NCBI RefSeq assembly: GCF_004010195.1
Contig: NC_057719.1
Coordinates: 46,790,230-46,854,229, forward strand
DNA length: 64,000 nucleotides
Reading direction: 5' to 3'
Origin: Chiloscyllium plagiosum
Taxonomy: Eukaryota
In this document: piece after piece, positions 1 through 13,089 of the stretch
Layout of the letters: each line of letters starts with the position of its first letter
How positions within the stretch are numbered: the stretch's first letter is position 1
Position numbers and translations under genes: made by a program
The notes under the pieces: model-generated
The model's database searches: none
What the model saw: the letters and a program-made list of their open reading frames with translations, nothing else
What the model was told of the DNA's origin: nothing

Positions 1-430
1 ATATTTAGCTTTTAGATCCAATCTATACTTTTCCATCACTACTTTAAAACTGATAGAAGTATGGTTGTTGGCCCCAAAGTGCTCCCCCACTGACACCTCA
101 GTCACCTGCCCTGCCTTATTTCCCAAGAGTAGGTCAAGTTTTGCACCTTCTCTAGTAGGTACATCACATACTAAGTCAGAAAATTGTCTTGTACACACTT
201 AAATTCCTCTTGACCTAAACCCTTAACACTATGGCAGTCCCAGACTATATTTGGAAAGTGAAAATCCCCGACCATAACCACAGATAACTGAAATCGCCTT
301 ACAAATTTGTTTCTCAGTTTCCCATTGACTATTAGGGGGTCTATAATACAATGCCAATAAGGGGATCATCCCTTTATTATTTCTCAGTTCCACCCAAATA
401 ACATCCCTGGATGTATTCCAGGACTATTCT
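1..430 (-). mobile_element. CR1 LINE ORF2 fragment, AP-endonuclease region (decayed)
   Basis: Minus strand reads VMVGDFHFPNIVW, matching the CR1 endonuclease GDFN motif. Confidence 0.7.
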
Positions 431-1339
431 CTCTAAGTTTTACCATTCTAAGGAAATACAAAAAATGTGACTAAATACCCACTGGTCTGTGTGAATTAGT
501 GGACTGATGTCCTAATATATGGACTGGTGTTCTGAAGATCACGGTTTGAGAAGAGCAATTGATAAACCCTCCATTGCTGGTCAAGAAATGGAAAGAGTGA
601 GTGGTTTTCCAAGTGCTGTCAGCCAGCCAATGTCAAAAGGAACCAGAACAAAAGAATTTCAGTTAAATAAGCTGAGGATTTGAAATTGATTGCTCAACTG
701 CCAACATCATGCTACCAGCACCATCCAAAGTAATGGTTGCAATATTCTACTCTATAAACTTCAAGAATGGCTTGGAAATTGATTTTAAATCATTTTTAAG
801 CTGATTTGTTTGGAAGCACTTCTTATCCCCAATCTGGATTTTTAAAATGTACTGTGCTATGATTTTTTTCTCATATTTAGGAACTAATAAACTCACTTTT
901 TTGTTACGTCATACAGACCTGGCTAAAATTGCTCGTTTTAAAATAGAAGTTTATTGTGTGAGTGAGAACGGTATCTATCATTTAAGGAATCACTTTTGGA
1001 ATAACCTTGTTTCAACCAATTGAAGAGGCAGGAGAAAAAAGAAGAGGAATCAGATGACCCCTTCTTACCCTGTAGCTTGGCAACCATGACAACTTGAGAA
1101 ACCTTGTCCAGGTCTGATCATCCAGAAGTCTTCCTGAAACAGGCATTAGCCAGCCATGCTGCTTGGCACCTGCTCCATCAAACTGAGACAACCAACAGTG
1201 CATTTGGGGATGGACTGCACACTCAGAGTCATTTAAATGAAGCAGCAGCATAAAACTTGCATGCTCCCTGTCTCAGTAAGATTCTTCACTTCTTTTTCTT
1301 TGTCCTTTCCCAATTTTTCTGAACCCAAGTGGCTTTCCT

Positions 1340-1560
1340 GGCCATTTCAGAGTGCAGTTAAGAGTCAACTGTATTGCTGTAGGCCTGGGGTCACATGTAG
1401 ACCAGAAAGAAAGCAAAATGGCAGATTTCACACAGTAAAAGATGGCGAATTACAGCCATCACAATCACGTTCACTGAGGCAAGTAATCTATTCCCGATGC
1501 TGTGATGGAATTTGAACTGCCTTTGACTCCAGAATATTAGTATGTCCCTCTGCAGTCACA
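1340..1560 (-). mobile_element. Degenerate copy of the SINE family at 37565-37915
   Basis: agagtcaac...gtcacatgtagaccaga...ggcagattt is the reverse complement of that family's core. Confidence 0.5.
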
Positions 1561-2339
1561 TTGGAGAGATATGCATGGACTAATCAAGACTTTCAATCTA
1601 CACACCAGCAAATACAGGCCATCAAAATGTTTCCCCGGTGAGAAAGTTGATAAACATATCACTGAGGGCGGTAGATTTTATTTATTCTACAATCACATAA
1701 GCTATCTGACCTGTTGACAGTTTCCACCATCATTTGGATGTGATCTTTTGGTTTCAGACAGCCAGCATAGGCACTTGTCGATTTCTATAGTGTTAAAACA
1801 TTGCGGTGTTTGTGCTCTAACTGAGACTTCTCTCATTTTACATACTTCATGTCACTTTCCTGAGAGTATCCTTCTATTGTTTTCCCCATCACACACTTAT
1901 TTAGTTTCCCCATGAATACATCTGCACTATTTAGCTCCCCCACTCCATGTGGTAGTAAATTCCTCACACTTTCACTTCTTCAGCTTCTCATGAATTCCTT
2001 ATTGGATTCCTTCTGGCTATTGTAATTCAAGTAAAGAATTTCTTCCTTTGCCCCTGCCTTCTTCCTCCACATTCTAGAAACTTGTTCTGCTCTGTGAGAT
2101 CTCTATTCATTCTCCACATAATGCTGTACTTCAAGGGACAGGTGTACTATCACATCAATGTCTGGCAGCAACTGGTCTCTGCAAAAACCCTTTAAATACT
2201 TTCCCCTACATTTGCTCTAAGTCTTTGTTACTTTAAACTGCCATAGAAAGCAATAACCAAATAAGCAACAGCTTGAAGACATGAAGCAGCAAATAACCAG
2301 TGAGTAATTCCTTGATTCTTTTAAACAGATGTAGTAACT

Positions 2340-2710
2340 CGAGAGGTTTATAAAATCATGAGGGGCAGAGATAAGGTGAATAGCCAAGGTCTTTTTCGTA
2401 AACTAGTTGGGGAGTTCAAAGCTAGGGAGGCATTTTTTAAATTGACAGGAGAAAGATTTGAAAGAGACCCGAGGGTCAACCTTTTCCCACAGAGGCTGGT
2501 TCATGTGTGGAAAGAATTGCCACAGGAAGTGGTAAATGCAGGTACTGTTACAACATTTGAAAGATGTTTGGATAAGTACATGAATAGGACAGGTTTAGAG
2601 GCCAAATGCAGACAAATGAGATTAATTCAGTTTGGAAAATTTGGTCAGCATGGATGAGTTGGACTGAAGAGTCTGCTTCCATGCTCTACGGCTATATGAT
2701 TCTATGACAA
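2340..2710 (+). mobile_element. CR1 LINE 3' end
   Basis: ORF 2358-2657 resembles the CR1 ORF2 C-terminus (QRLVHVWKELPQEVV...LDKYMN); ends in a ctatga-type tail. Confidence 0.85.
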
Positions 2711-2994
2711 TCATATTTATAAGGTGCTACATTTTCCCTTTGCTAATCATCAGACAATATCAATGAAAATGATGCTATGCTAGAGAGAAAGAAGGACTTT
2801 AAAAATTGAATTAATGTACATAAGACTTTGAATGAATATTTTGGAAAATCTGTCAATTGATAAATCTTAATCCACAGCAGTGTCAGGATACCTGCCAAAG
2901 GAAACGGATTAAAAATCTCTCACAAAAGAAAAGAATATTGAAAGAAATGGATTACATTTCACAACTTGAAATATTTAACCGGAATCAATTTCAG

Positions 2995-3280
2995 GGGTGG
3001 CATGGTAGCTCAGTGGTTAGCTCAATGCTCATGGTACCTCACAGTGCCAGGGTCTCAGGTTTGATTCCACCTCGAGTGACTATCTGTGTGGAGTTTGCAC
3101 ATTCTCCTCATGACTGTGGGTTTTCTCTGGTTTCCTCCCACGATCCAAAGTTGTGCAGGTTAGGTGAATTGGCCATGCTAAATTGTCCATAGCATTAGGT
3201 GCATTAGTCAGAGGGAAGTGAGTCTGGGTGGGTTACCCTTGGAGGGTCAGTCTGGACTGGTTGGGCCGAATCTAATCTAA
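2995..3280 (+). mobile_element. tRNA-derived SINE, HE1/V-SINE-like
   Basis: Pol III A/B-box-like head (tagctcagtggttagc, ggtttgattcc); core tgtgtggagtttgcacattctcc; CR1-like tail ttgggccgaa. Confidence 0.85.
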
Positions 3281-3935
3281 TTTAAGATGAGAGAACCAAC
3301 AGGGAAAACAAAAAATTTGTAGCAGTGTTCATATTTATTAGAATGCAAATCATTTTTCTAGTTAGAGTGATGTTTTATTATTAAAATGTGGCTCCTGGTG
3401 ACACTTTACTTGTTTTATTACTGCAATTTTATTATTTCAATATAATGCTGTGTGGCCTGGAAATTTGAAACATTGCCAGCCCAAAAAGGCACTTATTTCC
3501 CTGTGCTTTCCAGTGATATATTTTTACACTCTTGTCTAAACTGCATTTTTCATCCACTTCACAGCAACAAGTTTATTATGGTTTGGCAAATGAAAATGTA
3601 TTAAGAAGAAAACAGTTACATTCAGCTTCAGTCGTGGTGCAGATGTCCTAGTGCAGCCATCCTTCCTGATTGTGGGGAAAGCAATTGCCACCAGGATTGT
3701 TGCATAAAAGTCTAAAAGGGTTATTGCTGAAACCTGCATTAAGCACTGCCCAATGATAATGGGTTGGCTGAGGGGGGAGGTTGGAGCAGATCAGCTCTGA
3801 AGCAGATTTTACATCAAGTGCTCCCTTATTTTTAATAACAAAGGGCTGAATCTAGTGATGTGGAGGCTTTTGTGGAGGTTATATTGCCTTGCCCATGTGC
3901 TCTTGATGTAATTTACCAAACTCACCTCATTAGGT

Positions 3936-4023
3936 GAAGAAGGGCTTATGCCCGAAACGTCGATTCTCCTGTTCCTTTGATGCTGCCTGACCTGCTGTGC
4001 TTTTCCAGCAACACATTTTTAAG
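3936..4023 (+). mobile_element. Penelope-like pLTR fragment with 5'-clipped hammerhead motif
   Basis: 15-bp TSD ctcacctcattaggt (3921-3935 / 4024-4038); tgaaga-a-gggc-ttat-gccc-gaaacgtc. Confidence 0.8.
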
Positions 4024-4885
4024 CTCACCTCATTAGGTACCTATCACGTGGTGGGCTTCCTTTCCATCCGATTTTGCCTCACATTACCACATGCCGTACT
4101 CGGAATGGCTCCCCACTCACTGGATATCCGCTGAAAGAAAGAAAGATCTGCATCACTTGTTCCTGTGTCATCTTTAAAAGTTCATCACACACCCAGACAG
4201 GCAGTGTCCGTCCAGAGCTGACATTTTCCCCGGATATGGCAGGCAAGGGGAAAGCCAGTGTTCTGCTTTGTTGCCTACTTCCTGCAGGTTCTGGTCGACA
4301 AACTGGTGCAGAGGGAGGACCTCCTCCTCCCTGGACCATGACACCAGACTGTGCCAGCCTAGTGCACAGTTTCCACTCAGGATCCAGAACCTTCAACCAT
4401 CTAGAGGAATCCCCAGCACTCTAAGACAATGACTAATGCCCTTCTCCACTCTCCCAGGACAAGGGCCACGATCTTCTCTCTGATACATCACACTCATTCT
4501 TTCTTTCTGTTACTGCATCCATTTCTCACCAAGGTTCATACTCTACCACTCTCACTTTTGCCTGCAACATCTTCCCTATTTGCTTTCACTCACCTTGACC
4601 CCTGACATCACTAACACTGCAATGCCCTCAGTGCTGCCTATGCACTTGCTCAGGGCACTTGCCTCCTACATCAAAAGTAACAGCTATGCCATCCACTTTC
4701 ATCTCCCATAATATCGGACTCCCTCTCTTGCCAGGAGATAAACAGTCCACAATACAGCAAGGAGTCAAGACAGGCAATGAGCTACCTCAAATTTGGCTCC
4801 TCACTCCTAATATGGAGAGGATCCTAACTCTTACTGGCCCAAGTAAGCCTTGGACTAGTATTGAAGGCTGCCCTTGACTTATAGT

Positions 4886-5016
4886 CAAGATTCCTGAAGA
4901 AGGGCTTATGCCCGAAACATCAATTCTCCTCTTCCCTGGGTGCTGCCTGACCTGCTGCGCTTTTCCAGCAACACATTTTCAGCTCTGATCTCCAGCATCT
5001 GCAGACCTCACTTTCT
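4886..5016 (+). mobile_element. Penelope-like pLTR fragment with hammerhead motif
   Basis: 15-bp TSD cccttgacttatagt (4871-4885 / 5017-5031); ctgaaga-a-gggc-ttat-gccc-gaaacatc at 4894-4921. Confidence 0.85.
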
Positions 5017-5639
5017 CCCTTGACTTATAGTTCCAAGACACCCTTAGTGAAGGCTGTACCCCTTGACTCAGAGGTCTAATGATAACCATGACAAGCTTCC
5101 TGGCTTTGTGACTGCATTAAATGTCAAGGAAAGACAATGGGGGCAATGTGCAAAAGGACAAGGCAAGGCAATGAAAGACAGGGGTGCCATAAGCAACCAT
5201 GAGGTGGGCTCAGACAAACTGAATGCTAAGACACAGTGCAACCATCTCAAAGATGCAGCCTGCTCCAGTCCATGAGCTGGGTGTGTGTCCCTGAGTGCAC
5301 AGTGTTCTTGCTGCAGCATTACAATGACAGTCTCTGATGCACCTTGAGATGCAGAAGATGAAATGTCCTGCTGGTAGATCACAGATGGGCCACCAGGGCT
5401 CTGAGAGGCGAGAACATATTGGATGCTAATTTCCATGGGAGTGGGATGCATGTGGCTGCCCGGAGATGTTGCTGCCCAACATCAAACATGATGATCAGAG
5501 TAAGTGGTGAGCTGAATCTGAAAGGTGCACACTGGGTTCCATGTTAAGCTTTCTCCATGTCTTTCTCAATGATTTGGCACATTTGGTAAAATAGAAAGGT
5601 GAATATTCATGGTGGCCAGTGGGCCATCAACATGGTATT

Positions 5640-5960
5640 TTAGATTAGATGACTTACAGTGTGGAAACAGGCCCTTTGGCCCAACAGGGCCACACCGACC
5701 CACCGAAGTGCAATCCACCCAGACCCATTCCCTACATTTTATCCCTTCACCTAACACTACGGGCAATTTAGCATGGCCAATCCAACCTAACCTGCACATT
5801 TTTGGACTGTGGGAGGAAACCGGAGCGCCCGGAGGAAACCCATGCAGACACTGGGAGAATGTGCAAACCCCACAGTCAGTCGCCTGAGGCAGGAATTGAA
5901 CCCGGGTCTCTGGCGCTGTGAGGCAACAGTGCTAACCACTGTGCCACCGTGCCGCCCATA
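5640..5960 (-). mobile_element. Near full-length HE1/V-SINE-like SINE
   Basis: Reverse complement has head gggcggcacggtggcacagtggttagcac, B box gggttcaattcc, V-like core and CR1-like tail. Confidence 0.9.
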
Positions 5961-6332
5961 ATTTGACAAGCATTAATCCCCCTTCGTTAGAACCTCGCTG
6001 CTGCCTAGTAAGAAAGTTGCCTCACTGATTGTGCAAAGTATAAAAGAAGGTGTCAGATACTCCTGATCTCGATGTGGGCCTTGCCCCACTTGTTACCCAA
6101 TTCTGCCACATATCTCACCATAGCCCACTGAGAGCAGACTCTTCTAATATTCCACTCAATGTCTCACATACCAATGTAACTTACACCTGTCTGCTATCAT
6201 GCAATAAACTGAATCTTGTTTAAGATGAAGAGTTTAGATGATGAAGTGGTTTTCCTCTACTACACTATACCAGTCCAGCCATTTAGATTCCAAACTTAAT
6301 GGAGTTGGGTAACAGCACGTCTACCAAATATA

Positions 6333-7530
6333 TAGAGTCATAGAGATGTACAGCATGGAAACAGACCCTTCGGTCCAACCAGATATCCCAACCCAATCTA
6401 GTCCCACCTGCCAGCACCCAACCCATATCCCTCCAAACCCTTCCTATTCATATACCCATCCAAATGCCTCTTAAATGTTGCAATTGTACCAGCCTCCACC
6501 ACATCCTCTGTCAGCTCATTCTATACACGTACCACCCTCTGCGTGAAAAAGTTGCCCCTTAGGTCTCTTTTATATCTTTCCCCTCTCACCCTAAACCTAT
6601 GCCCTCTAGTTCTGGACTCCCTCACCTCAGGGAAAAGACTGCCTATTCATCCTATCCATGCCCCTCAATTTTGTAAACCTCTATAAGGTCACCCCTCAGC
6701 CTCCGACGCTCCAGGGAAAACAGCCCCAGCCTGTTCAGCCTCTCCCTGTAGCTCAGATCCTCCAACCCTGGCAACATCCTTGTAAGTCTTTTCTTAACCC
6801 TTTCAAGTTTCACAACATCTTTCTGATAGGAAGGAGACCAGAATTGCATGCAATATTCCAACAGTGGCCTAACCAATGTCCTGTACAGCCGCAACATGAC
6901 CTCCCAACTCCTATATTCAATACTCTGACCAATAAAGGAAAGCATACCAAACGCCTTCTTCACTATCCTATCTATCTGCAACTCTACTTTCAAGGAGCTA
7001 TGAATCTGCATTCCAAGGTCTCTTTGTTCAGCAACACTCCCTAGGACCCTACCATTAAGTGTATAAGTCCTGCTAAGATTTGCTTTCCCAAAGTGCAGCA
7101 CCTCGCATTTATCTGAATTAAACTCCATCTGCCACTTCTCAGCCCATTGGCCCATCTGGTCAAGATCCTGTTGTAATCTGAGGTAACCCTCTTCGCTGTC
7201 CACTACACCTCCAATTTTGGTGTCATCTGCAAACTTACTAACTGTACTTCTTATGCTCACATCCAAATCATTTATGTAAATGACAAAAAGTAGAGGACCC
7301 AGCACCATTCCTTGTGGCGCGCCACTGGTCACAGGCTTCCAGTCTGAAAAACAACCCTCCACCACCACCCTCTGTCTTCTACCTTTGAGCCAGTTCTGTA
7401 TCCAAGTGGCTAGTTCTCCCTGTATTCCATGAGATCTAACCTTGCTGATCAGTCTCCCATGGGGAAACCTTGTCGAACGCCTTACTGAAGACCATATAGA
7501 CCACATCTACTGCTCTGCCCTCATCAATCT
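6333..7530 (-). mobile_element. 5'-truncated CR1 LINE (RT domain to 3' tail)
   Basis: ORF 6652-7506: GAPQGMVLGPLLFVIYINDLD...KFADDTK, RPLLEYC, LERRRLRGDLIEVYKI. Confidence 0.95.
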
Positions 7531-8479
7531 TTCTCCAAAGTGACAGTGAGGGTGATCCATCATGCAACATGCTTCGCATAATGCCTCACCAAAATGACTA
7601 AACTTCAAATTTCCAACATTCATTAGTAAAATTGATAGCTGCTTTTAAATGGCAACAAAACTGAATTTAGTTTTGTTGGCTTGGGTATCATGGTTTGGGT
7701 ATAAATCCCATACAATCGATGTTGGCTTCTGCAGAACCCAACTATCTCCAGTGCTTTTGGATGTTTTGTTTTACCAGAGAAAAGAAGAAGAGAAAGGAGT
7801 CACTTAACAATGACGGAGTTGTCAGGTGAGCTAATGGAAACTTATTTTCATTGCTCCTCTTTTGAACTGAACTCCAAATTTTGAACTGAATTAGCAAATG
7901 ACAAGAAGAGAGATAAAAAATAATTGGTCAAAACTTAGAGAAATTTAGACTACAGACTGGAAATTCCAGGTTCACTTTCTGATTAATAGGTCAATAAGAC
8001 ATCTCAATATGGATCTTATCTGTGATGTAATTATTCTTATTCTTAGTTAGGGAGGAGGAAACCGGTGTCTCCCAGCTCCTGATCCCATTTCCAATCGGAA
8101 TGTGCTTAAAATGGTCAATTGGAAGAAACAGCAAGGTCTCATGAAAAATATTGTGTGAACATTTGCCATTAAATTTTAACTATGAGCATGCAGATGAAGT
8201 AAAGTGAACTGTGTCCAGGACTTTGGGACTGCTACTCCAAAAGAGCCTGTACTGTACTATTCTGGAAGCTTGTTGGCCAATGATACCAGAGCAATCTTTA
8301 CTCACCTTATATGTATTCACGAAATTAACATTATGAGCATATACTTTCTAACACAACCACATGACATTTTCAAGTTCCCCCTCATGCCCCTTCTAAAGTC
8401 CAATTGAAAATAAGTCAATGAAATCAATTTGTTCAAAATCAGTTTGTTTGTACATGTGAGGACACATTTTCATAGCTAT

Positions 8480-9125
8480 CACGTGCTGATTTGATGTCCA
8501 TGTGGCAGCTAGGAGGGCCAATGCAATGTTAGCATTTATTTCGAGTGGGCTAGAATACAAGTGAAGAGATGTACTGCTGAGGCTCTGGTCAGACCACATT
8601 TGGAATACTGTGAGCAGTTTTGGGTGCCTTATATAAAGGAAGGGTGTGCTGGCATTGGAGAGGGCCCAGAGAAGGTTCCCTTGGTGAAGGGTTTGTCATA
8701 AGAGGACCAGTTGAGGACTCTGGTTCTGTATTTGATGAGTTTAGAAGGATTGGGGGGGGGGAACCTCATTGAAACTTACAGAATACTAAGAGGCATGGAT
8801 AGAGTGGAGGTGGAGAAGATGTTTCAACTAGTAGGAGAGACTAGAACCCAAGGGTACAGCCTCACTGTCAATGGTCCTTTAGAACTGAGATGAGGAGGAC
8901 TTTCTTCAGCCAGAGGGTGGTATATCTATAACTTATTGCTGCAGAGGGTTGTGCAGGCATAGTCACTGACTGCATTTGAGACAGAGATAGTTTCTCAATT
9001 AATAAGGTGATCAAGGGTTATGGGGAGAATGGGGTTGAGAAACATATCAGCTGTGATTGAATGATCGAGCAGACTCAATGGTAGAATGGCCTAAAGCTGC
9101 TCTGATATCTTATGGTCTTATGATG
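8480..9125 (+). mobile_element. Older CR1 subfamily 3' fragment
   Basis: ctggtcagaccacatttggaatactgtg (LVRPHLEYC) and LIETYRILRG; tail tcttatggtcttatg. Confidence 0.85.
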
Positions 9126-9359
9126 TGGACCAGAATCTGATATTTTAGTTCAGAGTCAGGGTCACTGCACCACATAACCCTAATTGGCTAATTAAGTTTT
9201 GTTTGAACACATGTAATATATTATATTTGCATGCATTAAATGTACAAATAACACATCTGTTTGGGTTGAGATGGAGCATACTGACAAGAGTCCTGCACAG
9301 AATCAGAGTCGTCGAATCAAAATCTTTTTGGCAACTGACTCAACAGGGACATCTACTGC

Positions 9360-10470
9360 AATCCCACCGACTCCCAGAGCAACCTGGGCTACACCTCCTG
9401 CCACCCTGCATCCTGTAAAAACACTATCTCTGATTCCCAATTCCTCCGTCTCCGCCACATCTGCTCCCCGGAGGACCAATTCCACCACAGAACATCCCAG
9501 ATGATTTCCTTCTTCAAAGACCGCACTTTCCCATTCCACATGATGGATGATGCCCTCCAGCACATCTCCTCTGCTTCCCGCTCCTCCATCCTTAAACCCC
9601 ACCCCACCCAATGCAACAAGGACAGAATCCCCCAGTCCTCACCTTCTACCAAACCAACCTCCATATACATTGCATTATCTTCTGCCACTTCTGCCACCGA
9701 CAAACAAACCCCATCACCACAGATATATTTCCCTTCCCACCCCACCTGCGTTTCAGAGAGACCATTCCCTCCGCGACTCCCTTGTTAGGTCCACACTTCC
9801 TACTAACCCACCCTCCACTTCCGGCACCTTTCCCTGCCACCACAAGAAGTGCAAAACCTATGTCCACACCTCCCTCCTCACCTCCATCCAAGGCCTCAAG
9901 GATCTTTTCACGTCCGACAGAAATTTACCTGTACTTCCATGCATGTCATCTACTGCATCCATTGCACCCGACGTCGTCTCCTCTACCTCAGGGAGACAGG
10001 TTGCCAACTTGCAGATCATTTCAGAATCATCTCTGGACCACCTGCACCAATCAACCCCAATGCCCCATGGTTGAACACTTCAACTCCCCCTCCCACTCCA
10101 CCAAGGACATGCAGGTCCTGGGCCTCCTCCATCGCCAAAGCCTAACCACCCAATGCCTGGAGGAAGAACACCTCATCTTCCACTTTGGGATTCTCCAGTG
10201 ATATCAGATTTACGTGGATTTCACTAGTTTCCTCATTTCCCTCCGCACACCTTATCCCAGATCCAACCTTCCAACTCAGCAACACCCTCTTAAACTGTCC
10301 TACCTGTCCATCTTCATTTACCTCTCAGGCCCCCGGCCCACAAGCCTCATTCCTGATGAAGAGCTCATGCCTGAAATGTCAACTCTCCTGCTCCTCGGAT
10401 GCTGCCTGACTGGCTGTGCTCTTCCAATGCCATACTTTTCGATTCTGATCTCCAGCTTCTGCAGGCCGCA
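9360..10470 (+). mobile_element. Penelope-like retroelement 3' part (GIY-YIG endonuclease + pLTR), frameshifted
   Basis: RDHSLRDSLVRS...GTFPCHHKKCKT, FTCTSMHVIYCIHC...LYLRETG...LADHF, EHFNSPSH...LEEEHLIFHFG; hammerhead-like ctgatga...gaaatgtc at 10353-10380. Confidence 0.9.
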
Positions 10471-10529
10471 CTTGCTCCCTGTGGACAGAGAAACAGAGTT
10501 AACACATTCAGTCATAGACGGAGTTATAA

Positions 10530-10830
10530 CCTAGTGGTATTATCACTAGAGTTTAAATCCAGAAACTCAGGTCATGTCCCAGGGATCTGGGGTTCAAATC
10601 CTGCCACGGTAGAATTTGAATTCAATAAATACCTGGAATTAGGAGTCTAACGATGACCATGAAATCATTAACTCTCTTGTCGGGGGGAAGCCTATCTGGT
10701 TCACCAATGTCCATTCGGGAAGGAAACTGACAGCCTCCAAGTGTCTGCAGACCCACAGCAATGTGATTAGTACTTAACTGCCCTGTGGACAATTAGGGAT
10801 ACAAACCCACATTCCATGAATGAATTAAGA
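10530..10830 (+). mobile_element. tRNA-headed SINE (same family as 37565-37915)
   Basis: ctagtggtattatcactag...ggttcaaatcctgcc...tctggttcaccaatgtcc...caattagggat. Confidence 0.75.
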
Positions 10831-13089
10831 AATGTCAGATATGGTGCTTCTTCAGAATTAACTTTAACTACAACAGTGTTTTGGAATAATTTTAAAATAC
10901 TAGTCAGCTGGGGGATAGCAACATTACATTAAAATCAAAATATAAAGAATGGTGAATTTTGTGCTCAAAGGACATGCAGAATATGTCCCTCCATTCATAA
11001 ATTATGGTATTTCCTTATCAACACAAAAATTTCATCCATCTTCAAGCATAGAATATTCTATACGCATGGCACTGCAAAAACGATATTGAAGTCTGCCTAC
11101 CATTGCATAAATGAATGACAGCTGTTGAAATTAGATATGTGAAATGTTCCACACATCATAAGACATACTTTAAATGTTATTTGGGGTGGGGTGAAGGATA
11201 GGAAGGGAGTGTGTGGAATGACAACCACTAAACTTTTGACATATTAAGCACATCACAATTAAGTAGAAGCAGAAAATTAATTTCCAAGAAGAAGGGGACC
11301 TCAGCTTCTAAGAAAATTCTAAAATTAATTTTCTACAGCCTTCTAACCAGCTATCATCTGGTGCATTCCAGGAATTGTATCCCACTTTACTGATAAACCT
11401 ACAGTAATAATAGTGCAGAGTACTAACTTTCCCTAACTTTCATCGCGCTATCCAGAATAAAGCTAATACTTGACACAGCAGGTTTTCAGGGTGTGCTGAT
11501 GCTAAGTCTACAGTGGATATCCTCAGGAATCAAATGGCCAATTAGTAAAATGTCTATTTTTTTTAGAAAGTTTCTGCCAGTAGCATTAAAAGCACAATCC
11601 AGTAGCTCCTGTGGATGACTCACTTGGTACTTAGTAGCTGTCCATAATGGATTGCAATGGTTGGTCCAGAGAGGGGTTTGTAAATATTGTAGAAGTCTTT
11701 TGATGCAGGAGCAAGTGTTATCATTTTATATGGAAACAGTAAACACTAACTGTATAAAAAGGTGAAGACTTCACTACTGCCACTAGGCTGCTAGGGAGAA
11801 CTAGTAGTTAATCACTTTCCAATGACATCAATGACCATATTTACATTAAAGAGGCAGTGGTGGGGTTGGCAGCATTCAGGCTTCTATGCCCAGGGTTGTC
11901 CACTCTTTTTTTTTTCATTCTTTTCTTCTCTGGAGACCGGAGCGTGGTGGCAGCTGGTGAGCCTGGAGCAGGACTCTAACAGATGACAGAGAGGCAGCTG
12001 TCAGAGGGGAGATCATGAGGACTGCAGCTGAAACAGTGGCAGTGTCAGCACTGAGGTGGTTTCAGCCTAGCCTCCAATGGCCCAGGAATCCTTTGGATTG
12101 CTTTTGCAACATCTTCTTTCTTGGTATCGGTGACGAGATTGGTCCTTGGGGCAGCTTCTGTGGAGTCTAGTGGCCCGGTATACCCTAGGCCTTGCGTGGT
12201 AGTCTTGCAATGGTATGGTCTTTTCCCAAACCCAGGAGCCATCAATTAAACTAAGATGGACTTTGTCTTAACATTTTTTTAAATGATTTTTTATCTATCC
12301 TTTCTGTTATTAGTATAGGTATTGTGATATAGCAACTTAAACACTTCTCACTGTATTTTGTTTTGTAAAAAATATAAATGACAAAAAAATGACTCTTCTA
12401 AAGCCACCCCCTTCACATCACATATGTGACCACTTCGACAGGTTTATTGCCTGTAATCTCAGTCTTTGGTTTTCCTTCTGTTCTATTTCATACAGTAGGA
12501 TTTTCAGGCCAGATTCTGAAACTCTGGTACTTTCATCTCTGTTTGTACATCATGCCTTGCTGCATTCTTTACCAATATCTAACAGGTTTTTCTGTCTTCA
12601 ACATCCTTTCAAGATGGCCCAAATATTGTCATGCAACATTTAAACATTTTAGCTCACTGTCAAGTCGCTAAAGTATTCTATTTCCTCTGTTCCTGCTGCT
12701 CCTTTAAGCTAGTTTTGCAATGCTTCTTTGAGAAGATTGAACATAACTTTAAGCATCACAGATCATCGGTTCAGTTTTACATCAGAACAGCATGCTTTCA
12801 ATTAATATGATTATTACCCTCATTGGGTTCATTTTTCATTGATGTAAAGGCAGGACAGGAAATGAAATATCAGGAAATTTTACTTTGCACTTTGTTTTCC
12901 TTCATCATTTTGATGTATTTGCCCAATTTCTATTCTTTTACAAAATATGTTCCCAAACTGGGAAATATAGGTGCTCATCCCTGTGAGATGATCTGGCTGT
13001 AACTCCAGGCAATGGAGGAAGAAGGTTACAACTAAGATCCAGTCAGGACTACACATTGAATTTAAAAGGAGAGATATATGTGGCACCAA

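Larger units (their letters stand above)
3843..5560 (+). mobile_element. Decayed PIF/Harbinger-type element with Myb/SANT-like gene relic (copy A)
   Basis: TIR-like gggctgaat at 3843; ATG at 4236; 4261-4332 reads FCFVAYFLQVLVDKLVQREDLLLP (Myb/SANT-like F..LEVLV..V..R...LFP); 5251-5275 matches the reverse complement of 62569-62593 at 22/25. Confidence 0.5.

Noticed and set aside
1069..1133. Minus-strand exon with gtaaga donor
   Set aside because: Weak polypyrimidine tract; peptide not recognisable.
2995..3070. tRNA gene (also at ~5890-5960, 18690 and 33662)
   Set aside because: A/B boxes run directly into SINE bodies; no complete cloverleaf.
6652..7506. Longest ORF (284 aa) as a functional RT gene
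   Set aside because: 5'-truncated, frameshifted CR1 copy; one of many similar fragments.
9303..9891. Overlapping antisense ORFs
   Set aside because: Shadow frames of the C-rich Penelope fragment.
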